Shown: positions 1 to 10,193 of the stretch, one piece after another
Layout of the letters: each line of letters starts with the position of its first letter
How positions within the stretch are numbered: the stretch's first letter is position 1
Origin: Promethearchaeota archaeon
Lineage (GTDB): Archaea > Asgardarchaeota > Thorarchaeia > Thorarchaeales > Thorarchaeaceae
DNA length: 64,000 bases
Direction of reading: 5' to 3'
Assembly: GCA_014728035.1 (NCBI GenBank)
Contig: WJMJ01000034.1
Span: forward strand, 30,541 to 94,540
Position numbers and translations under genes: made by a program
Notes under the pieces: model-generated
Databases searched by the model: none
What the model was told of the DNA's origin: nothing
The model's input: the letters and a program-made list of their open reading frames with translations, nothing else

Positions 1-2
1 CC

Positions 3-1457
3 ACAGATGGAACAACATTAAACAATAAAGACGTAGACATTCATGGATTTGTATGTTCAAATATGCCTGCTGGTCTACTTGAATGGACAAGCAATGAAGA
101 TTCAACACCAAAGTCGGTTTCTGAAAATAGTACTCTTGTCGGAGATCATGTCATCTTACATTCGTCACCGGAAGTACCAGTCGGTAGAACAATTGAATCA
201 ATTCAACTAACTGTTGATAATACAACGTACCATAACTCGACACATGATTTGATAATTCCACAACTCAACTTCGACCCATTCAATGAGGAATTTGAAATAT
301 TCAATTCGAATTTTCAGTGGGTCATTGTTCATGGAATCGAAAGTGGGTGTACGCTCGAAATCACGGCCACATTCACAAATGAAGATACTGATGTAATGGC
401 TTGGCACGGAGGTCAAAATCCCAATGTGTATCGGTACGATGACAACATACTAAGTGGACAAATGGCATCCCAATATAATCCCGAAGTTGGACAAATCGAA
501 TGGTTTTATCCCAATCAAACATTAATTATTGGCATTTTTGATTATTCAGAACAGGCTGGAACTTGTAGATTAGAAATCACCAGTATCGAGGAGCAAATCG
601 TTTCTGGGATTGATAGTGTCAGCTATGACACCTATGGCTTTCAAACTAACAGAACTGTGAATCTTACGGTATCATATTCCCTCGATAATGGAAGTGACTA
701 TGTATACAATTTTAGAAATCTTACCTTTGATAATTTCTTTTCACCCGAGATTTATAACGTAGTAATATCACATGACCAAGCTGTTCTCACATTTGCATGG
801 CAAATCGAGGATAGAAATTTACTGGAGAATCACACCACCGATCTTTATCTTTCTTTTGATAACGGGCAAACATATTCAATCATCACTGCTAGACTGAATC
901 AGACTTCCTATGAATTTGACATGACAGGTTTTTCAAATCGAGTCTACTATTTGTTGATAGTTGTATCTGATGAAATAGGATTGTCTAATAGCATTATAGA
1001 GACCTTTACCCTTACCTCATCAACCAATCCAATTTTACTTGGTGTTGAAGACCTTGGAGACATGGTCATAGAGTATGGCTCAGAGAACTCAACGATTGTA
1101 TGGCATTTGGTACAAGACGACAATCCAACTGTAAATTATAGAATTTATGTCAATGACATTGAGATGTATGAAGGAATATGTAGTGATGGAACAATAGAAT
1201 TTGACTTGAGTGAGTTTCTACCAGGTGAGTATACCATAGAGTTAGAAGTATGGCAAGCTGGTCGAATCTATAATGATGCATTGGTAGTTCTAATAATTGA
1301 TTCCGGATTCCCTGTTGAATTGATTGCTAGTTTTGGATTGACTCTATTGGGAGTTGCGATTTCAATAGTTTTCTTGTATAAGATTGCTAATGCAAGAAGA
1401 AATCAAATGGGAAAATGGAAACCTGAAGAAATCCGTGTGATCGATGAAGATGAATGA
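3..1457 (+). CDS. Membrane-anchored extracellular protein (beta-rich/Ig-like domains, C-terminal TM), 5'-truncated by the window
   Basis: Frame is open from base 3 (TDGTTLNNKD...) into the 63..1457 ORF. Acidic, many N-x-S/T sequons; C-terminal TM (LIASFGLTLLGVAISIVFLY) then basic residues; last domain resembles the Ig-like repeats of 54594..58979. Confidence 0.75.
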   Translation, partial: TDGTTLNNKDVDIHGFVCSNMPAGLLEWTSNEDSTPKSVSENSTLVGDHVILHSSPEVPVGRTIESIQLTVDNTTYHNSTHDLIIPQLNFDPFNEEFEIFNSNFQWVIVHGIESGCTLEITATFTNEDTDVMAWHGGQNPNVYRYDDNILSGQMASQYNPEVGQIEWFYPNQTLIIGIFDYSEQAGTCRLEITSIEEQIVSGIDSVSYDTYGFQTNRTVNLTVSYSLDNGSDYVYNFRNLTFDNFFSPEIYNVVISHDQAVLTFAWQIEDRNLLENHTTDLYLSFDNGQTYSIITARLNQTSYEFDMTGFSNRVYYLLIVVSDEIGLSNSIIETFTLTSSTNPILLGVEDLGDMVIEYGSENSTIVWHLVQDDNPTVNYRIYVNDIEMYEGICSDGTIEFDLSEFLPGEYTIELEVWQAGRIYNDALVVLIIDSGFPVELIASFGLTLLGVAISIVFLYKIANARRNQMGKWKPEEIRVIDEDE

Positions 1458-1768
1458 GTAACTAGGAAATAATAGTAAACTAGTGATGGTAGGTTTAGGG
1501 ATTATATTTATCGAAAACTTGGACATTGTAGAAGAATATCTGCTAAGAACTCGTATAACCTGATACAGAATTAAGGTCAGGGTAATATATGCCAAGTCCC
1601 TGACTTGAACCGAGCCAGTCCAGTACACTTTCTGGATGGATAATGCCCGGATGTCCAACTAAAATAAATAGACGGTTACAGCTGAATCATCAGCATTATA
1701 TTTTGCTACCAAACGGTAGGTTATTAGGGAGTGGACGTTCCAGTTTCTTCTTGCTAGAGGAAGCCTCC

Positions 1769-3235
1769 ATGATAGACTTATCCCGAAATGAAGAACAATT
1801 AGAGAGAACAGTAGAGAGATGTAGAGAACGGAATATTGTCATTCCAACGTTTGACCAGCTAAAAAATCCTGAGCGCATCCCTGAAAAAATCAAAGATGAT
1901 TTGAAGAGTATAGACCTCTGGGCTGTAGAACCACAGAATCTCTTTCGTATAACATGGAAGAATGCACCTCAAGATAGAGGAGGTCTCTATCGCGAGTTAC
2001 CAAACTATATGGAAATTCCCAAAGAACTAACTGGAATTCAAGCAAGAGTCATCGCTCTTGTTGGTAAATGGTTCCCAACAGGCGCTCACAAAGTAGGAGC
2101 GACTTTTGGATGTCTGGTACCACCTCTAGTTACTGGACAATTCGATCCAACACGACATAAAGCAGTGTGGCCAAGTACGGGAAATTATTGTCGAGGTGGA
2201 GCATACGATGCAACTCTTCTAGCATGTGAAAGTATAGCAATTCTTCCAGAAGAGATGTCCCAAGAACGTTTTGATTGGCTCAAAACAGTAGCTGGAGAGA
2301 TTATAGCTACTCCTGGTAGTGAGAGCAATGTCAAGGAGATATACGATAAAGTATGGGAATTAAGGAGAGAACGTGATGATATTTTCGTATTCAATCAATT
2401 TAGTGAATTTGGTAATTATCTTTTTCACTATGATGTGACTGGACAAGCAATGGAAGAAGTTCTAGAGAAAGAATTAGGAAACGATAGGTATCAAGGTGTT
2501 TGTCTGACAACTGGCTCTGCGGGAACTATTGCATGTGGGGATTATATGAAGCAACTCTATCCCACATCAAAGATAGCAGCTGGTGAAGCTCTCCAATGTC
2601 CCACTCTATTACTAAATGGATACGGTGCACACCGAATTGAAGGCATCGGAGATAAGCATGTACCATGGATTCACAACACACGCAATACAGACATGGTCAT
2701 TGCTATTGATGACAACGATTCGATGGCACTGATGCGACTGTTCAATGAGCCCGAAGGAAGAAGATATCTCATTGAAGAAATTGGCATCTCTGAGAACTTC
2801 GTTTTGAATCTGGATCTACTAGGTATTTCCAGCATCGCAAATCTCCTCATGTGTATAAAATTTGCCAAGTACTATGAATTGACATCAGATGATGTTGTAC
2901 TCACAGTCTTTACAGATTCTATGGAGATGTACCAATCCAGACTAAAAGAGGCAACAACAAGAGTTGGACCATATACCCGTGAAGATGCTATTCGGGACTA
3001 CCATAGACATCTCCAAGGGATGAAAATGGATGCCATGCTGGAACTTAGTTATTACGAGAGAAAGAGAATTCATCATCTCAAATATTTCACTTGGATTGAG
3101 CAGCAGATGTTTGAACTTGATGAATTGAATCGCCAGTGGTATGAATATGATGAGTATTGGTCCGAAATCCAACAAATGACTCCGAAAATCGATGAACAGA
3201 TTGTGAGATTTAACGAAGCTGTCGGTCTCTTCTAA
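1769..3235 (+). CDS. PLP-dependent enzyme, fold type II (cysteine synthase/Trp synthase beta-like)
   Basis: PTGAHKVGA (PLP Lys), STGNY, TGSAGT phosphate loop, HRIEGIGD. Likely start is ATG 1769 (MIDLSRN) after GAGG, not 1643. Confidence 0.85.
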   Translation: MIDLSRNEEQLERTVERCRERNIVIPTFDQLKNPERIPEKIKDDLKSIDLWAVEPQNLFRITWKNAPQDRGGLYRELPNYMEIPKELTGIQARVIALVGKWFPTGAHKVGATFGCLVPPLVTGQFDPTRHKAVWPSTGNYCRGGAYDATLLACESIAILPEEMSQERFDWLKTVAGEIIATPGSESNVKEIYDKVWELRRERDDIFVFNQFSEFGNYLFHYDVTGQAMEEVLEKELGNDRYQGVCLTTGSAGTIACGDYMKQLYPTSKIAAGEALQCPTLLLNGYGAHRIEGIGDKHVPWIHNTRNTDMVIAIDDNDSMALMRLFNEPEGRRYLIEEIGISENFVLNLDLLGISSIANLLMCIKFAKYYELTSDDVVLTVFTDSMEMYQSRLKEATTRVGPYTREDAIRDYHRHLQGMKMDAMLELSYYERKRIHHLKYFTWIEQQMFELDELNRQWYEYDEYWSEIQQMTPKIDEQIVRFNEAVGLF

Positions 3236-3252
3236 ATCTACTGAGGAGGTCT

Positions 3253-4413
3253 ATGATGGAAAAAGACGAGTCTGATTCCTCTACTATTAATATACCATAT
3301 TCGGGAAACTTGGGAAAACAGGTTGAAGAGGTTTCAATAGATGCCAAGAAAATCGATCTCTATCTCAGAACCATCTCAGCAATTGACCTAGCTGAAGTTT
3401 CTCGATTAAAAAACCTTGAATGTCTTGATCTCTCATTCAATCGATTGGAATCTATTGATTTATCTGGTCTCTCTACATGTAGAAAAATCAGAGATATCAG
3501 ACTCCAGCATAACAATCTCTCATCTCTAAATCTTTGGCCATTGATATATTCTAATAATCCAGAGTTTGTAGACATATCCAATAATGAAATAGAATCAATA
3601 GATCTTACAGCTGTTTTCCATTGGAAAGCTGTAGCAACAGACCCTGGTTTACAAGTCCAATTTGATCCATGTCTGCGATACTTACCTCAAGTTCTTGGAA
3701 AGACAATGATTGATGAAAGAACGAAACATAGAGATCCTCTCGCAATAGTTACATTCAACGATTATGAATCTGCAATCAGAACCAGTGGATGGAATCATAT
3801 TAGGAATAGAATAAAGGAAATCCTTCAAAAAATTACTCCAAAAGATTGGTTTGCATTTCAGAGAGGAATGCTTGAAGGATTAGGTATTAGTGAACTCGCT
3901 TGTTATGATGGTGACCCGTTTGAAATCCTGAGATTTGGCTTTGAAGAGGATGATTATGATAGGGCAAAAATAAACATGTATACTGGAACTGTAAGTCTAC
4001 TCGAAAAGCAAATAGAAAGAAATGGACCAACTACTTTTCTAGATATTCGAAAAATGTTAGAAACAGAAGCATGTACATTGGTACCAAAAATTATTGAACG
4101 TCGCAAAGAAGAGATAGAATATACCGTAATTCCACAAATTGATGATAGGGTCATTCTAATGCCTCTGTGGATAACTGCTAATGGTCACAGTATATTATCT
4201 GCTCTGGAATTAGGTTTGCGTACTAATTCCAATGTATTGCAGATAATTAGAGAGCAATTTGCAAAGTTAGATCAGGAGCTTCATGTTTTGCGAGATGGAC
4301 CGATCAAAGATTCCTATGGACTTGAATGCACTCTTTCATATCGAAGACATATCGCACAGATAGTCCAACATAATCAGCCACCACCAAGATATATCAGCTC
4401 ACGGAAATTGTAG
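3253..4413 (+). CDS. Leucine-rich repeat protein with helical C-terminal domain
   Basis: LxxLxLxxN repeats (LECLDLSFNRLESIDL, IRDIRLQHNNLSSLNL, FVDISNNEIESIDL); GAGGAGG before the start. Confidence 0.85.
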   Translation: MMEKDESDSSTINIPYSGNLGKQVEEVSIDAKKIDLYLRTISAIDLAEVSRLKNLECLDLSFNRLESIDLSGLSTCRKIRDIRLQHNNLSSLNLWPLIYSNNPEFVDISNNEIESIDLTAVFHWKAVATDPGLQVQFDPCLRYLPQVLGKTMIDERTKHRDPLAIVTFNDYESAIRTSGWNHIRNRIKEILQKITPKDWFAFQRGMLEGLGISELACYDGDPFEILRFGFEEDDYDRAKINMYTGTVSLLEKQIERNGPTTFLDIRKMLETEACTLVPKIIERRKEEIEYTVIPQIDDRVILMPLWITANGHSILSALELGLRTNSNVLQIIREQFAKLDQELHVLRDGPIKDSYGLECTLSYRRHIAQIVQHNQPPPRYISSRKL

Positions 4414-4478
4414 AGTTTATAGAACACCCTGAATGAAACACTATCCTTTTGTATGAAAAGTGACAAGAAGGGTATGCA

Positions 4479-5426
4479 ATGATTTCTGAAACATCGATAG
4501 TCCAACCATACAAATCAGATGATGGTGATATAGACACTTTGCTAAAATTCCTAAGAACGGTTACAAAAATAATTGATAATAGTTTCAATCCACCTGACTC
4601 TAAATTTGACAAGCACTCTGACTCGGCAGATTATGATTTTGTTGAGGAGAAATACAAACTAGGGAATCAAAGTATATTTTTCTCAATTATGCATAGAATG
4701 GAATTTGAAGCAAAGTATGGAGGTCACGCTGTTGACATTGTAATAATTCAATCTCATGGTTTATCTGAAAATCAAAGTATCTCTATCGAGGTTTCAAGAA
4801 GATATAGTACTCCTCGGTTTGCAAAACTAAGTATTTCTGTTGTCGACGAGAACATTTCTAAGAAAATTATCGAGATGTTTCAAAAGGAGTTCGATGCTAG
4901 GTCTCAACTCGATGAAACAGACATCAAAAGACATGTAACAAGTGCACTGGTTGCAGTTAGAAGAGGTGCGTGGAGCGGTGCTGAATCTCATGCAAAGATT
5001 GTGCTTGATAATGACCCGAACAATGCTGAAGCATTATTGTATTTGGGTATCGCTCGAGCCGCTCAAGGCGATTTGACCAATGCTGAAAAAATATTGAAAG
5101 AAGTACTCGAAAAAGACCCTAGTAATTATGATGCATATTATAACCTAGGTCTTGTGTACAAAAATTCCGACAGACTCGAGGAATCTGTAATTCTCTATCA
5201 AAAGGGATTAGAAGTCAATCCCGATAATCACGCAATACAATTTCAACTTGCTCGAGCATATGAAGAAATCGGAAATAAGGAGAAAGCACTATTCTATTAT
5301 AGAGAAGCTCTCAGAACTAGTCCAAATCCTGATGGTGCGTTTCATTACACAGGAATGGACTTTACAACCCATTCAAAAGACGGAATTGCAAGACTGGAAA
5401 AAGAATTGAATGGTAATGATTCTTAA
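4479..5426 (+). CDS. TPR-repeat protein with uncharacterised N-terminal domain
   Basis: About 4 TPRs (PNNAEALLYLG, PSNYDAYYNLG, PDNHAIQFQLA); stop overlaps the convergent gene's stop by 4 nt. Confidence 0.85.
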   Translation: MISETSIVQPYKSDDGDIDTLLKFLRTVTKIIDNSFNPPDSKFDKHSDSADYDFVEEKYKLGNQSIFFSIMHRMEFEAKYGGHAVDIVIIQSHGLSENQSISIEVSRRYSTPRFAKLSISVVDENISKKIIEMFQKEFDARSQLDETDIKRHVTSALVAVRRGAWSGAESHAKIVLDNDPNNAEALLYLGIARAAQGDLTNAEKILKEVLEKDPSNYDAYYNLGLVYKNSDRLEESVILYQKGLEVNPDNHAIQFQLARAYEEIGNKEKALFYYREALRTSPNPDGAFHYTGMDFTTHSKDGIARLEKELNGNDS

Positions 5427-6862
5427 TCATTCTGTGATCTCCGTTTTCTAGTTTCATAATAATCACAGGCTTTGGATAAAGCAGTTATAGCCTCTTGCAT
5501 ATTTCTGAAAACAGGAAGTTGCTTATCTACAAAGACGTCCCAAGCTTCTTTTCTTGCTTTCGGATAAGCAACATCAGGAACTGCAATAAGAACTGGTTTA
5601 TTTTCACGAATAGAAACCTCTCTCGCAGCTTCCGCCATATCTCTCCAAAAATCAATCACAGCATCTGCTGCACCCATAATTGTAGCAACCTGATGTATAT
5701 GATGTACATCAGCTTCAAAAATCAATGAATCGAATTTGGAGTCAGAACCAACAATTCGAAGAACTTCTGTAGTTGTTTGATCAGAATAATAATCTGCAGC
5801 AAGGTCTATCGGATTTTTTAGAGAAGTACCCACATCTCGAATCAACGGATCAAGCTTTTCAAGAGTTTCATTGGAAGTAGTAGGTACTTTGAGACCCGCG
5901 TCAATACACATGTCAGTATAGATTACACTTGTACCTCCACTAATTGCAATCATACCAACATTTCTAGATGCTGGCTCCGGACAAAGAGAGAATACACTGA
6001 GTGTAGCAACAAGTTCCTCCAATGTAGAAACGGTGGGTACATTTGCTTGTTTGAACGCTGCAGACCAGAGTTCACGATTTCCAGCCAAAGCTCCCGTATG
6101 TGATGACACTGCACGGGAACCTTCAACAGACCTCCCACCTTTTAATACCACTACAGGTTTTTTATCCGCAAGAATCTTAAGCTCATGAAGAAGTTCACTT
6201 CCAGACTCTGTACCTTCAATGTATGCTCCTATAACATTGGTTTCTTCATCTCCCTGAAAATATCTAATTAGCTCAGGAGGTTTGATATCAACTGAATTAC
6301 CAAAACTAAACAACTTACTAAAACCAACACCGGACTCGGCAGCAGCAGTATAGGTACTTATTGCAACACCACCTGACTGTGAAATGAAACCCACATCACC
6401 CACTCTTTGGATAATGGTAGGTGCAAAAGCAAATCCTAGTTTAGGATAACAAATACCCATGCAATTAGGCCCAAACACTCTCATTGAAAGGTTACTTACC
6501 ATATCTAAGAATTTCTTTTCTTCAGATCGACCCTCATCTGTTCCTAATTCTGAATAGCCGCTAGTAAATACAGTAGCTCCTTTTGCACCTTTATCAGCTA
6601 CCTGTTTGATAACTTCAGGTACCACTCGTCTTGGAACAGCTATAATAGCATAGTCAATGTTCTCAGGGATATCATCCAAGCTTGAATGAATCTTATGACC
6701 AAGAACCTCACCCTCCCTGTGGGAAACCAACCAGACCTTTAGGTCATGGGGCCATTGAAGCATTGAGTGAACCCAGTAATAGCCAAGCTTCATTGAAACA
6801 CCAATGATAGCCACGGATTTGATTTCCAGCATTTCTGAGATAGAGGGTTTCTTCACCGACAT
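5423..6862 (-). CDS. ADP-forming acyl/acetate-CoA ligase alpha-subunit-like (CoA-binding + ligase domains)
   Basis: SVAIIG Rossmann start, GPNCMG, FISQSGG, SFGNSVD, phospho-His motif SSHTGALAG, NPIDL; no ATP-grasp beta subunit nearby. Confidence 0.85.
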   Translation of the reverse strand: MSVKKPSISEMLEIKSVAIIGVSMKLGYYWVHSMLQWPHDLKVWLVSHREGEVLGHKIHSSLDDIPENIDYAIIAVPRRVVPEVIKQVADKGAKGATVFTSGYSELGTDEGRSEEKKFLDMVSNLSMRVFGPNCMGICYPKLGFAFAPTIIQRVGDVGFISQSGGVAISTYTAAAESGVGFSKLFSFGNSVDIKPPELIRYFQGDEETNVIGAYIEGTESGSELLHELKILADKKPVVVLKGGRSVEGSRAVSSHTGALAGNRELWSAAFKQANVPTVSTLEELVATLSVFSLCPEPASRNVGMIAISGGTSVIYTDMCIDAGLKVPTTSNETLEKLDPLIRDVGTSLKNPIDLAADYYSDQTTTEVLRIVGSDSKFDSLIFEADVHHIHQVATIMGAADAVIDFWRDMAEAAREVSIRENKPVLIAVPDVAYPKARKEAWDVFVDKQLPVFRNMQEAITALSKACDYYETRKRRSQND

Positions 6863-7065
6863 CTGAATGACCTTCAGTATTGCGTTTTCTACTAATGCGA
6901 GATTTAAGAGTACCTGATTGGGATAGATTTTGTGAGTTTCCTTCGTTTGATGATTTCTCTATTTAGCCAAGTTAATTTAGTTAGAAAAAATAAACAATCT
7001 TGAACAATCAGAAAGAGTTTTCTTTGTTGGAATATCTCAAATCTCACATAACTGAGGAAGGGTAG

Positions 7066-8208
7066 ATGGAAATGCTTACTCTACGAGGAACAATCAAGAA
7101 ATTCAAGAAACACTTGGTAGTTTCTATCGTCATCTGGAGCATAGTTGTTCCAATAGCTGACGGTTTCATTGTTCAGCGAGATAGGAATCGCAATATGCTC
7201 TATGGCGAATTGTTTTGGAGTGAGGGGTTTCATGTATATGATTTGACTGATGAAGATTTGAATAACACAATCCCAAATATTCCAAATGATCATCTATTAA
7301 CAGATGTATTGAATGTAACATACGAATATCCAATCATAACATTGATGTTCTATGCAGGTATAGCTTTGATTGAACCTGGGATATATGGTCCCCATTTTCT
7401 TGCAAATTGGATTCTGGTTATGATATTTCATCTGAGTCTTTTACTTTTTGTATTTCTTAGCCAGAAATATTGGCAGCATCAGTGGTACAAAGAGGTATTT
7501 GGAGCTTACTACTGTTATGGATTTTTTCTTACAGTAGGCTTTGCTAAGATTGAACCATTTGTCGATCTTTTGTTTCTCTGTGCAATTTACTTCTTACGTA
7601 AGAAGAAATACTTCCAAGCAAACATCATGTTAGGGCTTGCTTTTCAAACAAAATTGTATCCTGCATACGCATTACCATACTTTTTCGTATCAAATCCAGT
7701 AGCATCTATTGCATTTTTCTTGACGACAATCAGTCTTTTCTTGCCACTCCTTATTACAGGTGTTTCAAACGAATCATTAATTGCACACTTGTTGAATAGC
7801 TCAAGCTATTCAGATATTATCACAAATCCATTCTATATCGGTTGGGTAGCTCAAAATCCAATCTCAATACTTGCTCCACTGGTCTTGTTTATAGCATTTC
7901 TATACTGCACATTAGAAACAAAGAATTGGAAAGGAATCCCGATATTACAACCCAGATTTAGAATACAACAACCATTGGCAATATTGCTCTATCTCATCCC
8001 TCTTGGTCTTGTTTTTCTATCCTGGGTACTAATATGGTACTATGCTTGGTTCTTCTTTAGCATCCTTCTATTTGAACGCGAAATAAATGCAAGAAAGTAT
8101 AGATATATCCTAGTCGGATTCGCTATTGCACATATAGTAGGAGTCTTAGTGAATCCAGGATATTTCTTGGTAGGCCCACTTCAAGAGTTCCTTAATCATT
8201 TCAAATAA
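7066..8208 (+). CDS. Polytopic membrane protein, probable GT-C fold glycosyltransferase (GT87-like)
   Basis: About 10 TM segments; first loop YEYP, later GLAFQTKLYP and WYYAW as in GT87/PIG-M-like proteins. Confidence 0.55.
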   Translation: MEMLTLRGTIKKFKKHLVVSIVIWSIVVPIADGFIVQRDRNRNMLYGELFWSEGFHVYDLTDEDLNNTIPNIPNDHLLTDVLNVTYEYPIITLMFYAGIALIEPGIYGPHFLANWILVMIFHLSLLLFVFLSQKYWQHQWYKEVFGAYYCYGFFLTVGFAKIEPFVDLLFLCAIYFLRKKKYFQANIMLGLAFQTKLYPAYALPYFFVSNPVASIAFFLTTISLFLPLLITGVSNESLIAHLLNSSSYSDIITNPFYIGWVAQNPISILAPLVLFIAFLYCTLETKNWKGIPILQPRFRIQQPLAILLYLIPLGLVFLSWVLIWYYAWFFFSILLFEREINARKYRYILVGFAIAHIVGVLVNPGYFLVGPLQEFLNHFK

Positions 8209-8370
8209 CGGCCAGATTTGGCATAATGCATAACCTTTTTGTCCATGTACGAAGTTTTCCAGATAGATTCATTGCACATATAGCAAAAGACCTTAATGTG
8301 GGAATAAAATCCGTACTAATCTCAGGGTCTCTATAAGTAAATCCCTCATATTAATAGGAGTAGAAAATGA

Positions 8371-10185
8371 ATGCGAGTATATCTAGATGCAAATTTCTTC
8401 ATATCAGGTTTTTCAGATAGACCAAAGGACGTATACGTAATCCAAGAAGCAGCTGAAATGGTTGGATGGGAACTATGGATTACAAGACAGGTTTTCCACG
8501 AACTAAGATGGTATCTTCGACGTGAAGTTGAGAATATGATTCAGATAGATGAGACCCTTAAGAAAGAGATTCAAAACTTCATGAAGCAGTTTACAAAACC
8601 AGAGAGCGCACTACCACAGTTGAATGACATGTCATTAGTTCTTGGTGCACATAGAACATCTGGGGATGCAAAAATCGTTACAAGTGATCTAAAACTATTA
8701 CGAACAATCGAAGATTTTGAAATGAATTTCGAAGGTATGGTTGGTTCCGCATTTGTTCTTCAACTTATGGAAATGATAGATGATGAAGGTCTGAAAAAGA
8801 AACTTAGAAAGATAAGAGACCGGATTTACACTGAAGAAGTAAGATATAGCATATCTCGACAAGGAGCATACGACCCTGTTGCTCGGATAAGGGTGATTGA
8901 AGAACACGCAATGAGTGTTCTACGCGATGTAAAGAGACCAGCTGAAGTTGACCAAAAATTATCAAAAGGACAACCCCTCTTTGTTCTTGACTTTCTTGAA
9001 GATATCAAAGCTGGAATACCGGATATGTTTGAAGACTTCAAAGCTGGAAAGTACGACACTCTTGCTCTGGAAATTGAAACTGTTCAGAATGAAATCGAAA
9101 GAATGCTTATTGCTTCAACTCTGACTCAGGACAAGGAAACACATGATGCTCTTGTGAATCATGCGTCAGACCTTACATTGTTCTTGTATTTCCTTGAGAT
9201 GATTTGTCATCTTTACAGAGGCACTCGTGATGGCATAGAATACGCTCTAAAAATAAGTGAAGAAGCTTTCAGACTTCTCATGTTTGCAGGAATAACTAAT
9301 GATGAACTAAAGGCATCGGTTTTCTTTGTCAGAATTGTATTGTACATCGTGAGAGAGGATTATAATGAAATTGATTACTATTATTCTCTCTATGATTCAA
9401 TGCTAGAACGAGCTGGACTTAAAGAGATGAACAGGACCTCTGAAGGCCTCTATGTCACAATGCAAATTCTGCGAGAGTTCATGGGTGGTTTTTCACTTCG
9501 CAAGACAAAGCTCAGTCATCCAGAAGTAACCATTGCCATGCTTAATGATATGGCAAAATACGCGATTCAATTTGATAATCATGAAAATGCATGGCAATTA
9601 TCAGTTAATGCCTACAAGATTGGTGTTGCATACAACAAAGAAGAAGGAGCTCTCACGTCATTTCTCATGCTCTATAAGATATCTTCTTCTGCACATGATA
9701 AATTCGAAAATGCGCTCGAAAAAATTGCTGAGCATGCATTGAAGGTGTTTGTGAAGAAAGGATGGAATACCGCAGCGATCACTCCGATTCTCAACGAATT
9801 ACAAGGTTCTCTAGTACCAGTTGAAGACTTCACTATGGACAAAGTACTCGAAATAGAGGATTTGCCAGAAGCTTTACAAGGTTGGATGGATGTGCTTATG
9901 CTAACCAAAGTTGGTGAAAAGGAGTTCCTAATTGTACGGAATGACAACATTCATGCCCGTATATGTATAGATGTAAGTAAGCACCCCGAATTGAAAATAT
10001 TGATGACGGGGCACAAAGTAGCTTTGACTCATGGGCAATTCACATTAGCAACTCCTCCAAAGGCACTTACTAACAAATATGCAGTAGTTCTATTGATTAC
10101 ACCTGCGGAAGGAGCAGAGGTGTCATTTGAAGGAGAATATGGTTTCTCATATCTCAAAGTTGCAGAACCACAAAATGAAGAATAG
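8371..10185 (+). CDS. PIN-domain nuclease fused to a helical solenoid and a C-terminal beta-rich domain
   Basis: N-terminal VYLDANFF, VFHEL, NDMSL, IVTSD retain the PIN acidic residues; helical middle; AGGAG RBS. Confidence 0.7.
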   Translation: MRVYLDANFFISGFSDRPKDVYVIQEAAEMVGWELWITRQVFHELRWYLRREVENMIQIDETLKKEIQNFMKQFTKPESALPQLNDMSLVLGAHRTSGDAKIVTSDLKLLRTIEDFEMNFEGMVGSAFVLQLMEMIDDEGLKKKLRKIRDRIYTEEVRYSISRQGAYDPVARIRVIEEHAMSVLRDVKRPAEVDQKLSKGQPLFVLDFLEDIKAGIPDMFEDFKAGKYDTLALEIETVQNEIERMLIASTLTQDKETHDALVNHASDLTLFLYFLEMICHLYRGTRDGIEYALKISEEAFRLLMFAGITNDELKASVFFVRIVLYIVREDYNEIDYYYSLYDSMLERAGLKEMNRTSEGLYVTMQILREFMGGFSLRKTKLSHPEVTIAMLNDMAKYAIQFDNHENAWQLSVNAYKIGVAYNKEEGALTSFLMLYKISSSAHDKFENALEKIAEHALKVFVKKGWNTAAITPILNELQGSLVPVEDFTMDKVLEIEDLPEALQGWMDVLMLTKVGEKEFLIVRNDNIHARICIDVSKHPELKILMTGHKVALTHGQFTLATPPKALTNKYAVVLLITPAEGAEVSFEGEYGFSYLKVAEPQNEE

Positions 10186-10193
10186 GGAAAAAA

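Noticed and set aside
1643-1768. 42-aa N-terminal extension of the PLP enzyme
   Set aside because: Not protein-like; ATG 1769 has an RBS and a TATA-like element lies inside the extension
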